This document shows positions 24,970 through 39,634 of a DNA stretch of 64,000 nucleotides, in pieces. The first letter of the stretch is position 1. Each line of letters starts with the position of its first letter. Both the position numbers and the translations under genes were made by a program. Source of the stretch: Octopus sinensis. Its lineage: Eukaryota. Where the stretch lies: positions 51,596,464-51,660,463 of the forward strand of contig NC_043011.1 of assembly GCF_006345805.1 (NCBI RefSeq). The letters run 5' to 3'. The notes beneath the pieces are model-generated. The model was not told where the DNA came from. It searched no databases and saw only the letters and a list, made by a program, of their open reading frames with translations.

Positions 24970-26605
24970 AGTAAAGACAGTCTATTGTAGCAAAACACTG
25001 TCCCCATATTGTACTGAAAACCTTTGATTGATTTTAGCATTTGATATGTCTTCAGCCCATTGAAAGCAGATCACAGAACTGCTGTTTTTTTTTATTTCCT
25101 TCTTTTTTTTTGAGCAAACAGAAAGTGGCTTGGGTAAATGTAATAACGATGATGACTCAATTGTCATTTTAAGTTGAAAGCTGCACTGTTGTGACTAAAT
25201 GAATGCAATGTTGAGTGATGTATGTGCAACTAATTTTCCCAGAAACAAGGAAAAAAATTACAAGTGCATTGCAGATCATTAATGACTCATGCTCCTGTAT
25301 ATGTGCATATTTATATGCATATAACACACACACACATTAATTGCTGTTATTATCTCTACAAGGTGGCAAGCTGTCAGAGTAGTTAGAGCATTGCAAAAAC
25401 CGCTTTGTAGCATTTTTCCAACTCTGCATTCTGAGTTCAAATTCTGCCATAGCTAGATTTATCCTTCATCCTATCAAGGTTGATATGTAATTTGGGGCCA
25501 CTGTAATTGACTTGCCCCCACCCTTCAAAATTCCTGACCTTGTGTCAAAATTAGAAAGGATAATTATTATTATTTTCTTTACTTTATAAGGGCAGTAGAT
25601 AGTCAGAATCGTTGAACATCAGGGAAAATACTTTGCAGTATCTGTTCCAGCCCTCTTTATAAGTTCACAGCTCATCAAAGTCAACTTTGTTTTTCATCGT
25701 TACAAAGTTGATAAAATAAAGCACCAATAAAATAACAGGGTCAATGATATGAACTAACCCCACCCCTCAAAATTACTGACCTTGTGCTTAAATTAGAAAC
25801 TTTATGTTTAGAATTTTTTTTTATATCTGTTACCACAAAGATATACTTCTAAGAATCTAATTCCATGATGACCACTTGAAAGATGTCACAACTTTGATGG
25901 TCAATTTTTAGCTAGATTCATACAAGACCACTTGTTTTGAAACATTAGTTCATTCCACAATTTTGTATCTTGGTGCAGGCATGACTGTGTGGTTAAGAAA
26001 TTTGCCTTAAAAAAAAAAACATGGTTTTCAGTTCAGTCCCACTCTATTCAGCACCTTAGACAAACATTTTCTATTTTAGCTCAGGGTTGACTTATGATTT
26101 GTGAGTGAATTTAGTAAATAGAAATTCTGTGGAAACTCCCTCCCTCTATATGCATATATGTACGTGTGTTTATCTTTCATTGCTTGACAACAAGTCTTGG
26201 GTTGTTTATGTCCCCACAATCTAGCAGTTTGCTAAAAAGAGAACAATAAAATATGTACTGGGGTCAATTTAGCTGACTAAAAACTTCATTGTGGTACCCC
26301 AATATGGTCAAATAAAAGAATAAACAAACCTCATGTTTACTGAACATTTTAAAGGCCAGAGAGAAATTTGTTCTTGTGACCCACTTGAAGAAGTGATGTT
26401 AGCACAAAAATAAAATTTTGGAGCAGGTGAGATTTATAAAGTGAGGTAATACAAATCATATTTTCTTTTTGTTTCATTTTTTCACTCAAGACAACAGTTT
26501 CAGCCCCAAATTATTTATATCATTTAAATTATTGGTGTGGTGTTGCTTAATTTTTATATATATTTATATATGTGTGTGGGTGTTCATATATGAATGTGTA
26601 AATAC

Positions 26606-26641
<36 letters not shown>

Positions 26642-26812
26642 TAGATAGATAGGGCACAGATAGTGTGTCTATAGCCAGCTGGAGGAGATATCTTCCTGGG
26701 GCTACAAACTACAGTAGCATCCACCCGTAGGGGTTAGCCATATTCAAATGGCAAATATGCGTCACGATGTGTTACCGCTACTGTTTATAACTCGCTCTGA
26801 GATTTATCATTG

Positions 26813-26848
<36 letters not shown>

Positions 26849-27117
26849 CACACACACACACTCTTTTATTATTTTACTTGCTTCAGTCATTTAATTGTGG
26901 CCATGCTGGAGCACCACCTTTAGTTGGACAAATTCACACGAGGACTTATTCTTTGTAAGCCAAGTACTTATTCTATCAGTTTCCTTTGCTGTATCTCTAA
27001 GTTATGGGAACATAAACAAACCAACATCGGTTGTTGAGCAATGGTGGTGGGACAAACACAGAAACATAAATATATACATATAGTTATATACATATATATA
27101 CATATATTTATATATAT

Positions 27118-27356
27118 CATCATCATCATCGTTTAGCGTCCGCTTTCCATGCTAGCATGGGTTGGACGGTTCAACTGGGGTCTGTGAAGCCAGAAGGCTG
27201 CATCAGGCCCAGTCTGATCTGGCAGTGTTTCTACAGCTGGATGCCCTTCCTAATGCCAACCACTCCGCGAGTGTAGTGGGTGCTTTTTACGTGCCACCCG
27301 CACAGGTGCCAGACGGAGCTGGCAAACGGCCACGGACGGATGGTGCTTTTTACGTG
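27118..27356 (-). mobile_element. RTE-type 3' terminal fragment
   Basis: Same family as 2452-2802. Confidence 0.75.
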
Positions 27357-27368
27357 ATATATATATAT

Positions 27369-27406
<38 letters not shown>

Positions 27407-27956
27407 GCTGTATAAACATCAAATAACTAAATCCATAGTAATTAAGAACTCAATAACAGGTGGTTAAATTCCAACATGTTACATTGCAGTAAATCCAAAC
27501 AGAATCAATTTGCATGTATGTACATAATTGGCTAAAGCAATCTCTAAGTGTAACATATTTAGCAGAAAAGCAGAATAGAATAAAGTTCACATATAGTTCA
27601 TACTTGATGTTCAACAGCTGTTTCATTAAGGTACATGCCATTAAATGTATGAGTACATAATTGTTATACATAATTAATTAATTTAAATTAAATTGATTTA
27701 AAAATTGTAATTACTTATCCAAATCATCTGGAATATTATGTGTATTGTAACTGTAATGGCTTTCTGATTAACATAGCATTCCTGATAATTAAGGTAAGTA
27801 AACACAACCTTCAAATTAATTTAATTTAAATTAATTATGCATCAAAATTATGCAATTATACATTTAATGACATTTATCCTAATGAAAGAGCTGTTGAACA
27901 CAAAATATGAACTATATGTGAAATTTATGCTTTTCTGCTAATATTCCTCACTCTCG

Positions 27957-27991
<35 letters not shown>

Positions 27992-28004
27992 ATATATAAT
28001 AATA

Positions 28005-28043
<39 letters not shown>

Positions 28044-28136
28044 TAATAATAATAATATAATAATAATATGAGGGAATATTATTCCAAACTTACAGGGAAA
28101 AATTCAATTTAGAAATACTAAATCAAATTTCACAAA

Positions 28137-28173
<37 letters not shown>

Positions 28174-28192
28174 TAGAAAAAGAACCACCTTT

Positions 28193-28227
<35 letters not shown>

Positions 28228-29042
28228 AGAATATTTTTTAAAGGTAGTCCTGTTAATAAATCAGATTAGTTAAATGTACAATAGAAACCTCTTTTATTTT
28301 GTTAGATTATCATATTAGAATGGAAACAACATTATGTCCACAAAATGATTTGGAATGAATGAGTGAGGATGTGATACAGAAGGTGAGGAGAGAGTATGTG
28401 AGTGAGTAACTGAGTGAGAGAAAGAAAGAGAGAGAGAGAAGGTGTGGGTGGGAGGAAAGAGAATTGACATCAACTCCACAAAGAGTTCAGTAAATAACGA
28501 TTGTATGGAACAGCATGAGACAAAATCTACCCACACAGAAAAAGTACAAGAATGGAGGAGCTAATAACACAATTTCAACATAGTTACCATAACAATATTA
28601 AACCATCAGATATTATAAAAGATAGTGCAATTTCATACACACAAAAATGTAAATAATAATAATAATGATAAAAATGGCTTCAAATACATTTTTGTTTTAG
28701 AAAAAAGAAAAAAATGACAATCTCACTTAGAAGCATTTATTATACTGGATACATTCAATATTTATGATATCGCATTGATGTGATTCAATGAGATACGGGT
28801 TAATAAATAATTGTTTAGTGTCATTGTTGAGATTTTTCTCATATTTTTAACATAAAAGTTAATATAGGTTCAAATGTAGGATGTAGTGAGTTACTGATAG
28901 AGTAGAGACTGTCGTTGGTCAGCTTGTGGTTAGCTTTGACTGAGCAGACTCATACCATGACCTGAATGTTGCTCTTCCTCTTTTAAGAGTGTGTTTCCAA
29001 GGAGATTAAATTGCTATTTCTAGTAGGTCTAGTGACTGCATA

Positions 29043-29433
29043 GCGGAGGCGCAATGGCCCAGTGGTTAGGGCAGCGGACTCGCGGTCGGAGGATCGCGGT
29101 TTCGATTCCCAGACCGGGTGTTGTGAGTGTTTATTGAGCGAAAACACCTAAAAGCTCCACGAGGCTCCGGCAGGGGATGGTGGTGATCCCTGCTGTACTC
29201 TTTCACCACAACTTTCTCTCACTCTTACTTCCTGTTTCCGTTGTACCTGTATTTCAAGGGGCCAGCCTTGTCACTCTCTGTGTCACGCTGAATATCCCTG
29301 AGAACTACGTTAAGGGTGCACGTGTCTGTGGAGTGCTCAGCCACTTACACGTTAATTTCATGAGCAGGCTGTTCCATTGATTCGGATCAACCGGAACCCT
29401 CATCGTCGTAACCGACGGAGTGCTTCCATCCAA
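29043..29433 (+). mobile_element. Full-length young tRNA-derived SINE with 10-bp TSD
   Basis: A box TGGCCCAGTGG, B box GGTTTCGATTCC, CpG-rich. TSD TGACTGCATA at 29033-29042 and 29434-29443. Confidence 0.88.
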
Positions 29434-30128
29434 TGACTGCATAAGAGCTCTTTTGCTGGGTTGATAGAGTATAGGTAAGTAATGGTATGGGCATGTTTTG
29501 GTAATAGATGGAAGATACAATAGTGAGAGAGATCATGATGATTATAGTGGATGGTAGCTAGATTAGGGGTAAGTGACAGTTGTATGGACAAAATATATGA
29601 TGGTGATATGGTGGTAGATAACAACTAGAGGAAAGTCATAGTGGTAGTCATGGTATGGGCATGTTGTATTGAATGGTAGCTAGAGAAGATGTAGATTCTG
29701 GTGGTATGGACACATGATGGTAGCTACAGCAGAGGTGATGGCTGTATGGCCATGTGATGATAGTGGATGGTAGCTAGAGTAGAGGTGGTAGGGGTATGAA
29801 CATGTGATGGTAATGGTTGCAAATTTGTGTTGTGTGTTCAGAGAGATTGTCTCACACACAAAATATTAGTTACTCAATCATCATTATTTTGAACAAGAAC
29901 ATTATTATATTAATGACAGGATTAACAATAATAACAAGAACAATAACAACCATCTGTCAGAAGATAATAGCTAAACAAAACAATATTAAGAGGTTAAACA
30001 TTAAACAGATTTTGTCCTCCCCACCCCAATTATTCTACTGATCTGCACAAACCAACACAAGAAGATTACGTGGTCGCCCGACTTGCTAGAAAGAGTAGTC
30101 AATCTAACTCATTCCTTATCATCTTTAA

Positions 30129-30284
30129 CCCATTAGCATTTAGATTATTCTGTCAAATGTAATGTTTATTCATTCACACTGATTAGAATTAATTTTGTAT
30201 TATCTCATAGCTTTGAGATTTCAATGATGTGATTGTTTTGGAATGACATTGTTAGGTAGGTGTGAGAGGCCAGATGTTAAAAGG
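30129..30284. mobile_element. Internally deleted piggyBac-type MITE
   Basis: TTAA-CCCATTAGCATT ... AAAGG-TTAA. Confidence 0.6.
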
Positions 30285-32149
30285 TTAAAAAAATCAAAAG
30301 ATGTGTTAAGTAATGTAGTCCTCAATACAATGTCTGACAATATGATGGGGTGGACACAGCTAGACTGGCTTTGATCTTAGGTCTGTTCAGTCAAGGTTGA
30401 ACTAAGACAGAATAATAACCACTACTAATCTGTCTCCTCTCAAAAGAAGATAAGGTAGTTTAGGTAAAGGGAAGCAGGAAACTGGTGAAATATATTATAT
30501 TGTAACATCAAGTAGTCCAGTGTGTTTCATCATGTACTGCAGCGACAACTAAACCTTGTACTACTCTCTACACAAAGTGTATTCTATTGTGTAGTTTACA
30601 TTATTCTATACATGATGCTAAGTGTATCAGTAATTAATGTGTGTGTGTGTCCTCTATCTAACAAAGCCATAACAATATATATAAAAAAGAAAAGAAATTA
30701 AGTAAATAAAAATAAAATTAAGAAAAGAAAAGGAACATAAAAATCTAAATTCATTCTTTATAGGAATTGTTTTATACTATACTCTCTTTACTTCAAAATA
30801 TAATTATAAAATATTTTATTTTTTCTGTATTGATTTTTTAAAAATACTTTAATTTCTTTTGTAAATTTAGCATTTATCCTTCATAATCATAAACAGCTTG
30901 TTTTGGAAATTTCATTTCTTCATCAGTATGATATGTTCCTGAAGATTAAGTACATAAAAGTACTTAGAGTTTATGAAAGTAGATAAAAGTAGATGCTTAT
31001 AAAAGTAGATAAATATTTGAAAAGATTGATGAATTTCTGTCTTGTCTTTTTCAGCATGTCGACAAAAAAAGAAAAGTTTTGAATAGGTTTGAAAACATTA
31101 AAAATATATTTGTAAAAACTTATAAGATTCTTGGTTCATTTGAAATCAGATAGTTAGATTTACTTATGGATTTCAAATTGTTTTTATAAATCAGTACAAT
31201 GCATATTTTCTATGGCAAGTTCTTTCCACTTCCAATGTAACTTGTCTTCTCACTAATATAATGTTGAGGGGAAAATAGGGGAAGACAAGGAAATATTTTA
31301 ATACAAGCCATAATTGTGCAAGAGAGAGGACCAATACAATACCTGTGGCTCTCCCATATGACTCTCTATGTTGAGTCCTTGTGACTACTGTCAGCCAAGA
31401 ACCTACAATCATGGCCATCACCATGGAAAATGAAAGACATTATTTCTTAAACTGGTCAAGATTTTCTACATAAAATAAACATTTTTTTATTGTCTATTTT
31501 GTATTCTTGTATTTTGCAAAGAAAAGAAAGAACATTGCCTGCAAGACTCCTTTTCCATCAGAAAAAAACAGGAAATTAGTTTGCAACATGCAGAAAAATT
31601 TTAGCCAAACTAAGTCTCTCATTTTGCACTTTGGCCAGAAATGTAGGTTTTCAGTAAACAATAGTCACAGAGATTCAACATGGAGAGTCACAGGCACCAC
31701 ACAAGTTTCTTGTCCCTCTCCCACTACAGATGTAGCATAAATTAAAATATTTTCAAGCTCTTGTATGTGCTGTAAAGTGATTGGTGTTAGGAGGAGCGTC
31801 CAGCCATAGAAACCATGCCAAAGTAGACAATGGCACATGTTGCAGTCCTTGGATTCATCAGACCAATTGGATCCCGTCATACTGTCCAACCTATGCCAGC
31901 ATAGAACATGGGCATTAAATGATGATAATGAATGGTGATGATTCCTCCAGAAAACCAATTTCAGCAGGAAATATAAATAACAATCTGCAACCAATATTGA
32001 TGTTAGAGAATGTGGATTGTGAATGAGGTTATCAGAGAAGTGGTGGTGGTGTGGCAATGGTAGAGGAATATTAATACAATTTAATAATTTTTAATATAGA
32101 CACAGGACCTTAACTTTGGGAGGGGCAAGTGAGCAAGAATATAATTAAT

Positions 32150-32370
32150 TAATATTGGCTTCAAATTTTGGCACAAGGCTAGCAATTTTGCGGGAGGGAG
32201 TAAGTTGATTACATTGATCCCAGTGTTTAACTGGTATTTAATATATCAAACCTGAAAGGATGAAAGGCAAAGTGGACCTTGCCAGAATTTGAACCCAGAA
32301 CATAAGGATGAATGAAATGCTGCTATGCAATTTTCTCAGTGTGCTAACAATTCTGCCAGCTTGCTGCTTT
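32150..32370 (-). mobile_element. tRNA-derived SINE
   Basis: AAAGGATGAAAGGCAAAG core and AATTTGAAC B-box on the reverse strand. Confidence 0.7.
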
Positions 32371-32923
32371 TATATAGTAAATTAATATTAATTCTTAATG
32401 TTTGATTGGTAATTTATTTCCCGTGTCTCTAAAGCAACCGAAGCAGAGTCTGAACTCAGTACATAAAGAGTTACACCTAAATATTACAAATCGTTTTGTC
32501 TAAACACTCTACTGAGTCCACCAATCCACTAATGAATGGAAACTCTTGAAATAAAGCACAGGCTGTTGTTTTTGTTTGTTTGTTTGTTTGTTTTGGAGGG
32601 AGGGTTTTCTTTTTTTCTTAATTCCTCTGAAATACTAGATGAGATTTATATGTCACTGATTCATAAACCATTAGGACAGCAGAAGTCTCTTTATCAGGAG
32701 AGTCCATTAGAGTATGTAAATTCAGTTATTTAATTACAAAACAAAATTATAGTTTTAATTTATTACATGCAACAGCTTGTTTTAAGTTTTGTACATTTTG
32801 CTTTTTTTTTAAATTTTTTATTTTTTTCCCCTTTTTTTTTCTTGGTTTTTAATTTGGTCTACCTTCGTTGATATAGCAGTGGAGTTAATGAGATGTTCTG
32901 TTTATTATTTTACATTTGTTCCT

Positions 32924-32962
<39 letters not shown>

Positions 32963-33512
32963 AGTGACATCTAGTCATTAAATCTTTTTTTTATTATTCT
33001 CTACCATTCCCACTAACTGCTCCTCTTACTATCTGTCTGTCTGCATTTCCTCCTCTTCCTCTTTCTCTCTCTCCCTCCTATCTCTCATTTTTATCTTAGT
33101 TTGTGTAATTTTATCTCTGTATCAAACTGCATCTCTCCACAGCACAGATTACTTCCCTGTCTACCTTCCTCCAATTTTGTCTGTCTCAGTCTTTCTGTTC
33201 TTTATCTGTATGTACATATATTTTTTCTGTCTTTTCTCCCCTACTTCTCTATTAGTAATAGTTGGTGGTGTTAAATTTTTAAACCATTATTCCAGTTATA
33301 CACAAAATGAAACCATTTCTTCCTAGGCGGTTATCAGAGTATCAGAAGCAGTAAAACTGGACAAAATGGCATGAAGTATCTTTATGTTCTGATTCCAAAT
33401 TACCTTTCACCCTCCAAGGGGTTCTCCACCTAAGGTTGTGTAGCTATATCAGAAATTAATAATTATTACTTATACTAGATATATTATAGTTTCCTTGAGC
33501 ACACTATATATA

Positions 33513-33846
33513 TGGCACCTTGGGCAAGTGTCTGTTACTATAGCCTCAGGCTGACCAAGCCTTGTGAGTGGATTTGGTAGATGGAAACTGAAAGAAGCCT
33601 GTCGTATATATGTGTGGTGTGTGTGGTGTGTGTGTGTGTATGTTTGTGTGTCTGTGTTTGTCCCCCCAACATCGCTTGACAACCGATGCTGGTGTGTTTA
33701 CATCCCCGTCACTTAGCGGTTCAGCAAAAGAAACTGATAGAATAAGTACTAGGCTTACAAAGAATAAATCCTGGGGTCGATTTGCTTGACTAAAGGCGGT
33801 GCTCCAGCATGGCCACAGCCATATGACTGAAACAAGTAAAAGAGTA
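33513..33846 (+). mobile_element. CORE-type SINE (octopus OR-like), head missing
   Basis: GGCACCTTGGGCAAGTGTC CORE-like block, internal (TG)n and AAACAAGTAAAAGAG tail. Many partial copies occur elsewhere in the window. Confidence 0.75.
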
Positions 33847-34249
33847 TATATATATAATACACACGCACACACAGATACATATGTATATATGTATATTGTT
33901 TAATGTCGGATGAACATGTTATAGAAGATGTGCTTTTTTTTTTAATCAAAACTGAAGTTGAGAGCCTGTCCTGTGACTCAAAATTTTTGCCAGTGAAATC
34001 TTATATATATATATATATTATGTAGTCGTTGGTTATGGTTGTTCAGAAAGTTACCATTGGTTTCACATCTATTATTGCACTCAGCAGCAAAATAGGTGAT
34101 CCATCAGACCTACTGGCTGGAGGCACATAACCACTTTACAAATGTACATACATAAAATATTGCTGCTCAAAAAACATTTTTTAGAGTGTGCTTTTTTCGG
34201 ACTTATGAACGACTGACCAATTATATATGATGTAAACTGATGATCATAT

Positions 34250-34760
34250 ATATATATATCACCATTTTACATCTATTTTTTCATGCCTGCATGAGTTTGA
34301 TGAGTCTTCTCCAATACAGCATCCTGCCACTTGTTGCATTCCTTTATCATCTCCTTTGTGAGGTTCAACTTCCCAAGATCAGCCTTCACTACTTCTGCCC
34401 TCATCTTCCTGGGTCTTCACCTTCCACTGGTTCTTCCAAAATGAAACTTCTGGCATTCCTTTACTCACCTATCATTATCCTATATATCTCATGTCCATAC
34501 CAGCAGAGATATTTCTTTTGCATACTACAGCCAATTCCTCCTTTATCCAGTTCTCCTCTTGGTTAATTTGTGTTTCATCATTCATGCACACTGAAATTAT
34601 GCAACCAGCAGATTCCCATTTGCTTTGTTCCTTTTCAAACCTATACACATCCTCTGCATTCAGTGCATATGCTTCACCATACAACATCACAGTTCATATA
34701 CATGCATTGTACAGTCACCATTTGCTGAAAGAGAGAATCTTCTTACGGCAGAGGCAATAA
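34250..34760 (-). mobile_element. RTE LINE ORF C-terminal remnant
   Basis: MLYGEAYALNAEDVYRFE... and GR*RPRKMRAEVVKADLGKLNLTKEM match the RTE post-RT region (YGSETW..., GRPRK.W...V..DL), with frameshifts. Confidence 0.75.
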
Positions 34761-35384
34761 CTCCCTGAAATTATTCTACTCTTTTGTAGTTCTGACAACT
34801 ATACTTTTAGGACACTTTTTTCCTCTGCTGTTTAACTCATCAAAGTAACTGAAGCCATCAACAACTTCTATATGTGACAAAGTTGGCACTCTGAGTTACA
34901 GGTAACACTTATTTTTGCCAACTGAGTGGTCTGGAGCAACATGAATAAAGTGTCTTGCTCAAGGACAAAATGTAATGTCAGGGATCAAACTCACAACCTT
35001 ACATTCATGAGCTGAATACCCTAATCACTAAGCCATGTGGCTTCCCTAGAGAAGATTTGCACAGAAGAGGTATTAGTGCAACTGTGTGTCCAAAAAAGGA
35101 CATTAGATTGCCCAGAGAAATATTTTACTCACTGTTAGTGAAAATAAAAATAAAATCAGAGTAGGCCCCTAAATGAGGTATAAAGGATGTGGTTGATTGT
35201 AACACGAAGAGACTGAACCATCATACATGAGGTTGGAGTAGAGAAGCATAGAACAGAAGTCAGAGCAGAAGATCGGTTCATTTCTTTTATGACTTACAAC
35301 AAGTATTTCGTACAGACATTCTCATTGACTATCATTTGACTAGTTATTATGATGCTGATGATGATGATGATATATGAGGTGTGA

Positions 35385-35464
35385 ATACATGTATACACAC
35401 ACATACATATAAATGCATATGTATATATACATATAAATGCATATATATATATACATATAAATGC

Positions 35465-35501
<37 letters not shown>

Positions 35502-35605
35502 AATGCATATATATAAATACATATAAATGCATATATACATGTACATTTAAATGCATATATATACACATATAAATGCATATATATATATATATATATACAT
35601 ATAAA

Positions 35606-35644
<39 letters not shown>

Positions 35645-35650
35645 ATGCAT

Positions 35651-35683
<33 letters not shown>

Positions 35684-35739
35684 ATGCATATATATATATA
35701 CATATAAATGCATATATATATACATATAAATGCATATAT

Positions 35740-35770
<31 letters not shown>
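35385..35770. repeat. Minisatellite: about 12 copies of CATATAAATGCA separated by variable (TA)n
   Basis: Directly visible. Confidence 0.85.
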
Positions 35771-35777
<7 letters not shown>

Positions 35778-37030
35778 CCACACACACATACACGCATACA
35801 TGTGCATATATCTACATATATATGTATCTACACAGAGACACAAAACACACACATGTGGATGTATGTATATAAGTCAACACACGAACGCACATACGCACAC
35901 AAACATACGCATTAACTGCCACACCAACAATCCTATTACCTACATCCTTACCTATCTATCCTTGTGTATACAATTCACTTTGCTACTTCACCTCAACAGA
36001 GCCATAAATAAATTCTACAGTTGAAAACAGTGTTTATTACTTTTTCATAATGGCACAACCAAGGGATATTAAACTTATAAGAAACATGAGCTTGGAACAC
36101 TAGGAAAAAGCATACAGATCATGTGTGTGTGCGTGTGTGTGTATACATAGATATATATGTATATATACACATACACACACACACACATATACATATACAT
36201 ACACACACAGAGGGAGGGGGAGAGAGAGATAGAGTGTGAGAAAGAGAGAGCCATTAATGTGTCTGTTTATGGCAGATATAGTAGTTTCTGTGCACGTGTA
36301 TAATTATAAACAGACACATACAGAAATGGACATGTGGGATTGCAGGATTAAGAGTGGGTGTGTTTATATACATGTACATATATTAAAGAATGATTATATA
36401 TATATATATATATGAATGTATGTATATATATGCATACACACACACATACACACTCATATACATACAGGAAGCCAAAAAGCCACAAAGCTACATCTTTGAC
36501 CTGTGAGTTAGAGTTTCATGCTCAAATTTGACTAGCAGCTGATATTGTAGGTCTTTCAGTTGGTGATGTAGCTTCTCAGCTATAAGAAAATAATATAAGC
36601 ACACCATTTACTGAGTTCTATTTTTTCCAGGTACTGGCATGGTTGTGGGAGACTCACTTTGGTCCCACTGAAAATGCTATGGATGATTGAAATGCATGTG
36701 TATGTGTGTGTGTATGTGTGTGTGTGCATGCATGTATGTGTGTGTGAGATTCACAACCACCTGTTAAACAGACCAGAATTAAAATATGTGTACTGAAGTT
36801 GATCAGATCTACAAAACCCAAGAAGGTGGTGCTCCAGCATAGCCACAGTTTAATGACAAGAATATATATATATATCATCATCATCATCATCATCGTTTAG
36901 CGTCCGCTTTCCATGCTAGCATGGGTTGGACGGTTCAACTGGGGTCTGGGAAGCCAGAAGGCTGCACCAGGCCCAGTTTGATCTGGCAATGTTTATATTA
37001 TTTTTTCATGGGCCCGGTTTCCCAGTTTCT

Positions 37031-37268
37031 ATAATAATAATAATTGTGTACAGTGCTCAGGTGCACTACAACTCATCTAAAGTGTATATATAATCAGGTG
37101 TAGTTTTGACGGATTTCGGGAAGCATGAGGGCCTTAAAGGATGCAGTGTCATGGCAGTCAACAACTGATGCAGGCAGTTTATTCCACGCTTCAGCAACCC
37201 TGAGCGTGAAAAAATGTTTCCGAAAGTCATGGGAGCTGGGCTGTTTTCTGACTTTGTAGGCATGTCCA
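37031..37268 (-). mobile_element. CR1-clade LINE 3' end
   Basis: GHAYKVRKQPSSHDFRKHFFTLRVAEAWNKLPASVV is the typical CR1 ORF2 C-terminus, followed by a short UTR and (ATT)n tail. Confidence 0.85.
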
Positions 37269-37299
37269 GTCCGTCGCAGCATTACTCAAGAAACAGGAA

Positions 37300-37463
37300 G
37301 AAAGAGTGAGAGAAAGTTGTGGCGAAAGAGTACAACATGAGTCGCCACCACCCTCTGCTAGAGCCTCGTGGAGCTTTAGGTGTTTTTGCTCAATAAACAC
37401 ACACAACGCCCAGTCTGGGAATCAAAACCATTATCCTCCAACTGCGAGTCCGCTGCCCTAACC
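37300..37463 (-). mobile_element. 5' part of the SINE family seen at 29043
   Basis: Reverse complement matches 29045-29230. Confidence 0.75.
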
Positions 37464-37480
37464 ACTGGGCCATTGCATCT

Positions 37481-37520
<40 letters not shown>

Positions 37521-38436
37521 TGTATTGTTCAATCATTGGTAGGATCAACCAAAAAAGAAATCCATCTAATGAGAGATAAACACACACAAGATTTAAATGC
37601 AAGCAGTTTAATTGCATTTATATCCTGTGTGTGTGTGTGTGTGTGTGTTCTATTATTTTCTCTTTCTCATATCCTGATTCATTCAAAATGGGTGGCCACT
37701 CAAAAGGTGCATTGTTGTGTTATGTTGTGAGTTAATACCATATAATTGGTACTGTTTCATGTATTGAAGCTAGCTGATGGAATGGTTGCGAGTTCAATTT
37801 ACAGAAAGAAGCAGCACATGTCCCAGTACTAAACAGCTATTTTGAACTCAAATTTGTTTGAGGTGATATTTCTTGAAACTGTTGGAATCTTTTTTATATT
37901 TACCACGTCACAGCTTGAAATATCCTGACATACTGTTAACTAGCTATTTGAGCAGTCTGTACTGTGTCTTTTCATGTCCCCTGTGTCTATATGTGTATTT
38001 GCGTATAACCATATGTGTGTATGTGTGTATACGTATGTAAGACCACATCAATCTATGTTATGTCTTTTATGTCCTGGAACTTAGTGATTTGACAAACAGG
38101 CATCAATGAAACCAATGACAAGAAACTTTAATTAGTTTGTAATATGTAAACAAACAAAAAAAGTTAGACATGTGAATTTTGTGTATCTTTCAATCTCAAA
38201 TACTTAATCCTACTTTATATTATGATGAAATTAATATCTTCTTTGTAATAACTGTGACCACTAGAGAGAACACATGTGAATAAAACAAGTTTTTCAACTG
38301 GAGTCCATATTTATCCTGAGGGCCAATATAAGATTTGGGTAAATTTTTCAGGGGCCATGAGAAAATTGTACTTCAGACCAGTAAAGTTTATGTGCAATGC
38401 ACAAAATATTTTAACAATTTTTAAATAATAATAAGC

Positions 38437-38626
38437 TTTTACTTGTTTCAGTCATTTGACTGTAGCCATTCTGGAGCACTGCCTTTAGTTGAGCAAATCG
38501 ACCCCAGGACTTATTCTTTGTAAGCCCAGTACTTATTCTATAGGTCTCTTTTGCCGAACCGCTAAGTTATGGGGATGTAAATACACCAGCATCAGTTGGG
38601 GGAGACAAACACAGACACACAAACAT

Positions 38627-38659
<33 letters not shown>

Positions 38660-39010
38660 AATTTGGCGTTAGAGTGGTTGGCGTTAGGAAGGGCATCCAG
38701 CTGTAGAAACATTGCCAAATTAGACTGGAGCCTGGTGCAGCCTTCTGGCTTCCCAGAACCCCGGTCGAACCGTCCAACCCATGCTAGCATGGAGAACGGA
38801 CGTTAAACGACGATGATGATGATGATGATGAAATTTATATAAATATACATATATACGATGGGCTTCTTTCAGTTTCCGTCTACCAAATCCACTCACAAGG
38901 CTTTGGTTGGCCCCAGGCTATAGTAGAACATACTTGCCCAAGGGGCCAGGCAGTGGGACTGAACCTGGAACCATGTGGTTGGTAAGCAAGCTACTTACCA
39001 CACAGCCACT
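38437..39010 (-). mobile_element. Full-length CORE-type SINE interrupted in its central microsatellite by an RTE tail (38671-38830, +)
   Basis: Tail at about 38437-38620, head and CORE at about 38855-39010, RTE-type GTGGTTGGCGTTAGGAAGGG...(GAT)n between them. Confidence 0.75.
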
Positions 39011-39456
39011 CCTACTCTTAATATTTCATTATAAAAGTACAATAGGATATTTTAAACATTGAGTGGCTATAGGGGACCACCTAAGTAAAATAGGAATCAA
39101 AGGGGTCCATAGGTAAAAAAGGGTTCAGAACCCCTGTACTAGACAGAAATAAGTGTTGTGGTCATGATGGACCAACTAAACCCTTTGTAGCATGGCACTT
39201 CAAGGCAAGCTCTGGCCCTGGCTTGAGAAATCAATAAAATCCCATAAAACTATAAAATAATATTTACATATGTCAGGTTTCTATACAGTTTCCGTTTGCC
39301 AAATTCTCTTTACAAGATATTAATTGACTTGAAGCTATAGCAGTAGACACATGTCCAAGGTGTTTTGCAACAGGATTGAACTTGGCACAATATAGTTGGA
39401 AAGTAAAATTTTTAACCACTTGGCCATGCTTGTACACACACACACGCGCACACACG

Positions 39457-39487
<31 letters not shown>

Positions 39488-39573
39488 GCATGCACACATG
39501 TGGGGATCAAAACAAATAAGAGAAACATTTGATAAACACTTCTGTTTTGTTGGCTGCCCCCTTCCCTCTTCTA

Positions 39574-39634
<61 letters not shown>

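Noticed and set aside
29045-29118. Apparent tRNA gene
   Set aside because: The acceptor stem does not close and the sequence continues into a SINE body bounded by a TSD.
35385-35770. Repeat-spacer-like array (CATATAAATGCA core with variable spacers)
   Set aside because: Spacers are only (TA)n length variants, the context is eukaryotic and there are no cas genes: a minisatellite, not CRISPR.
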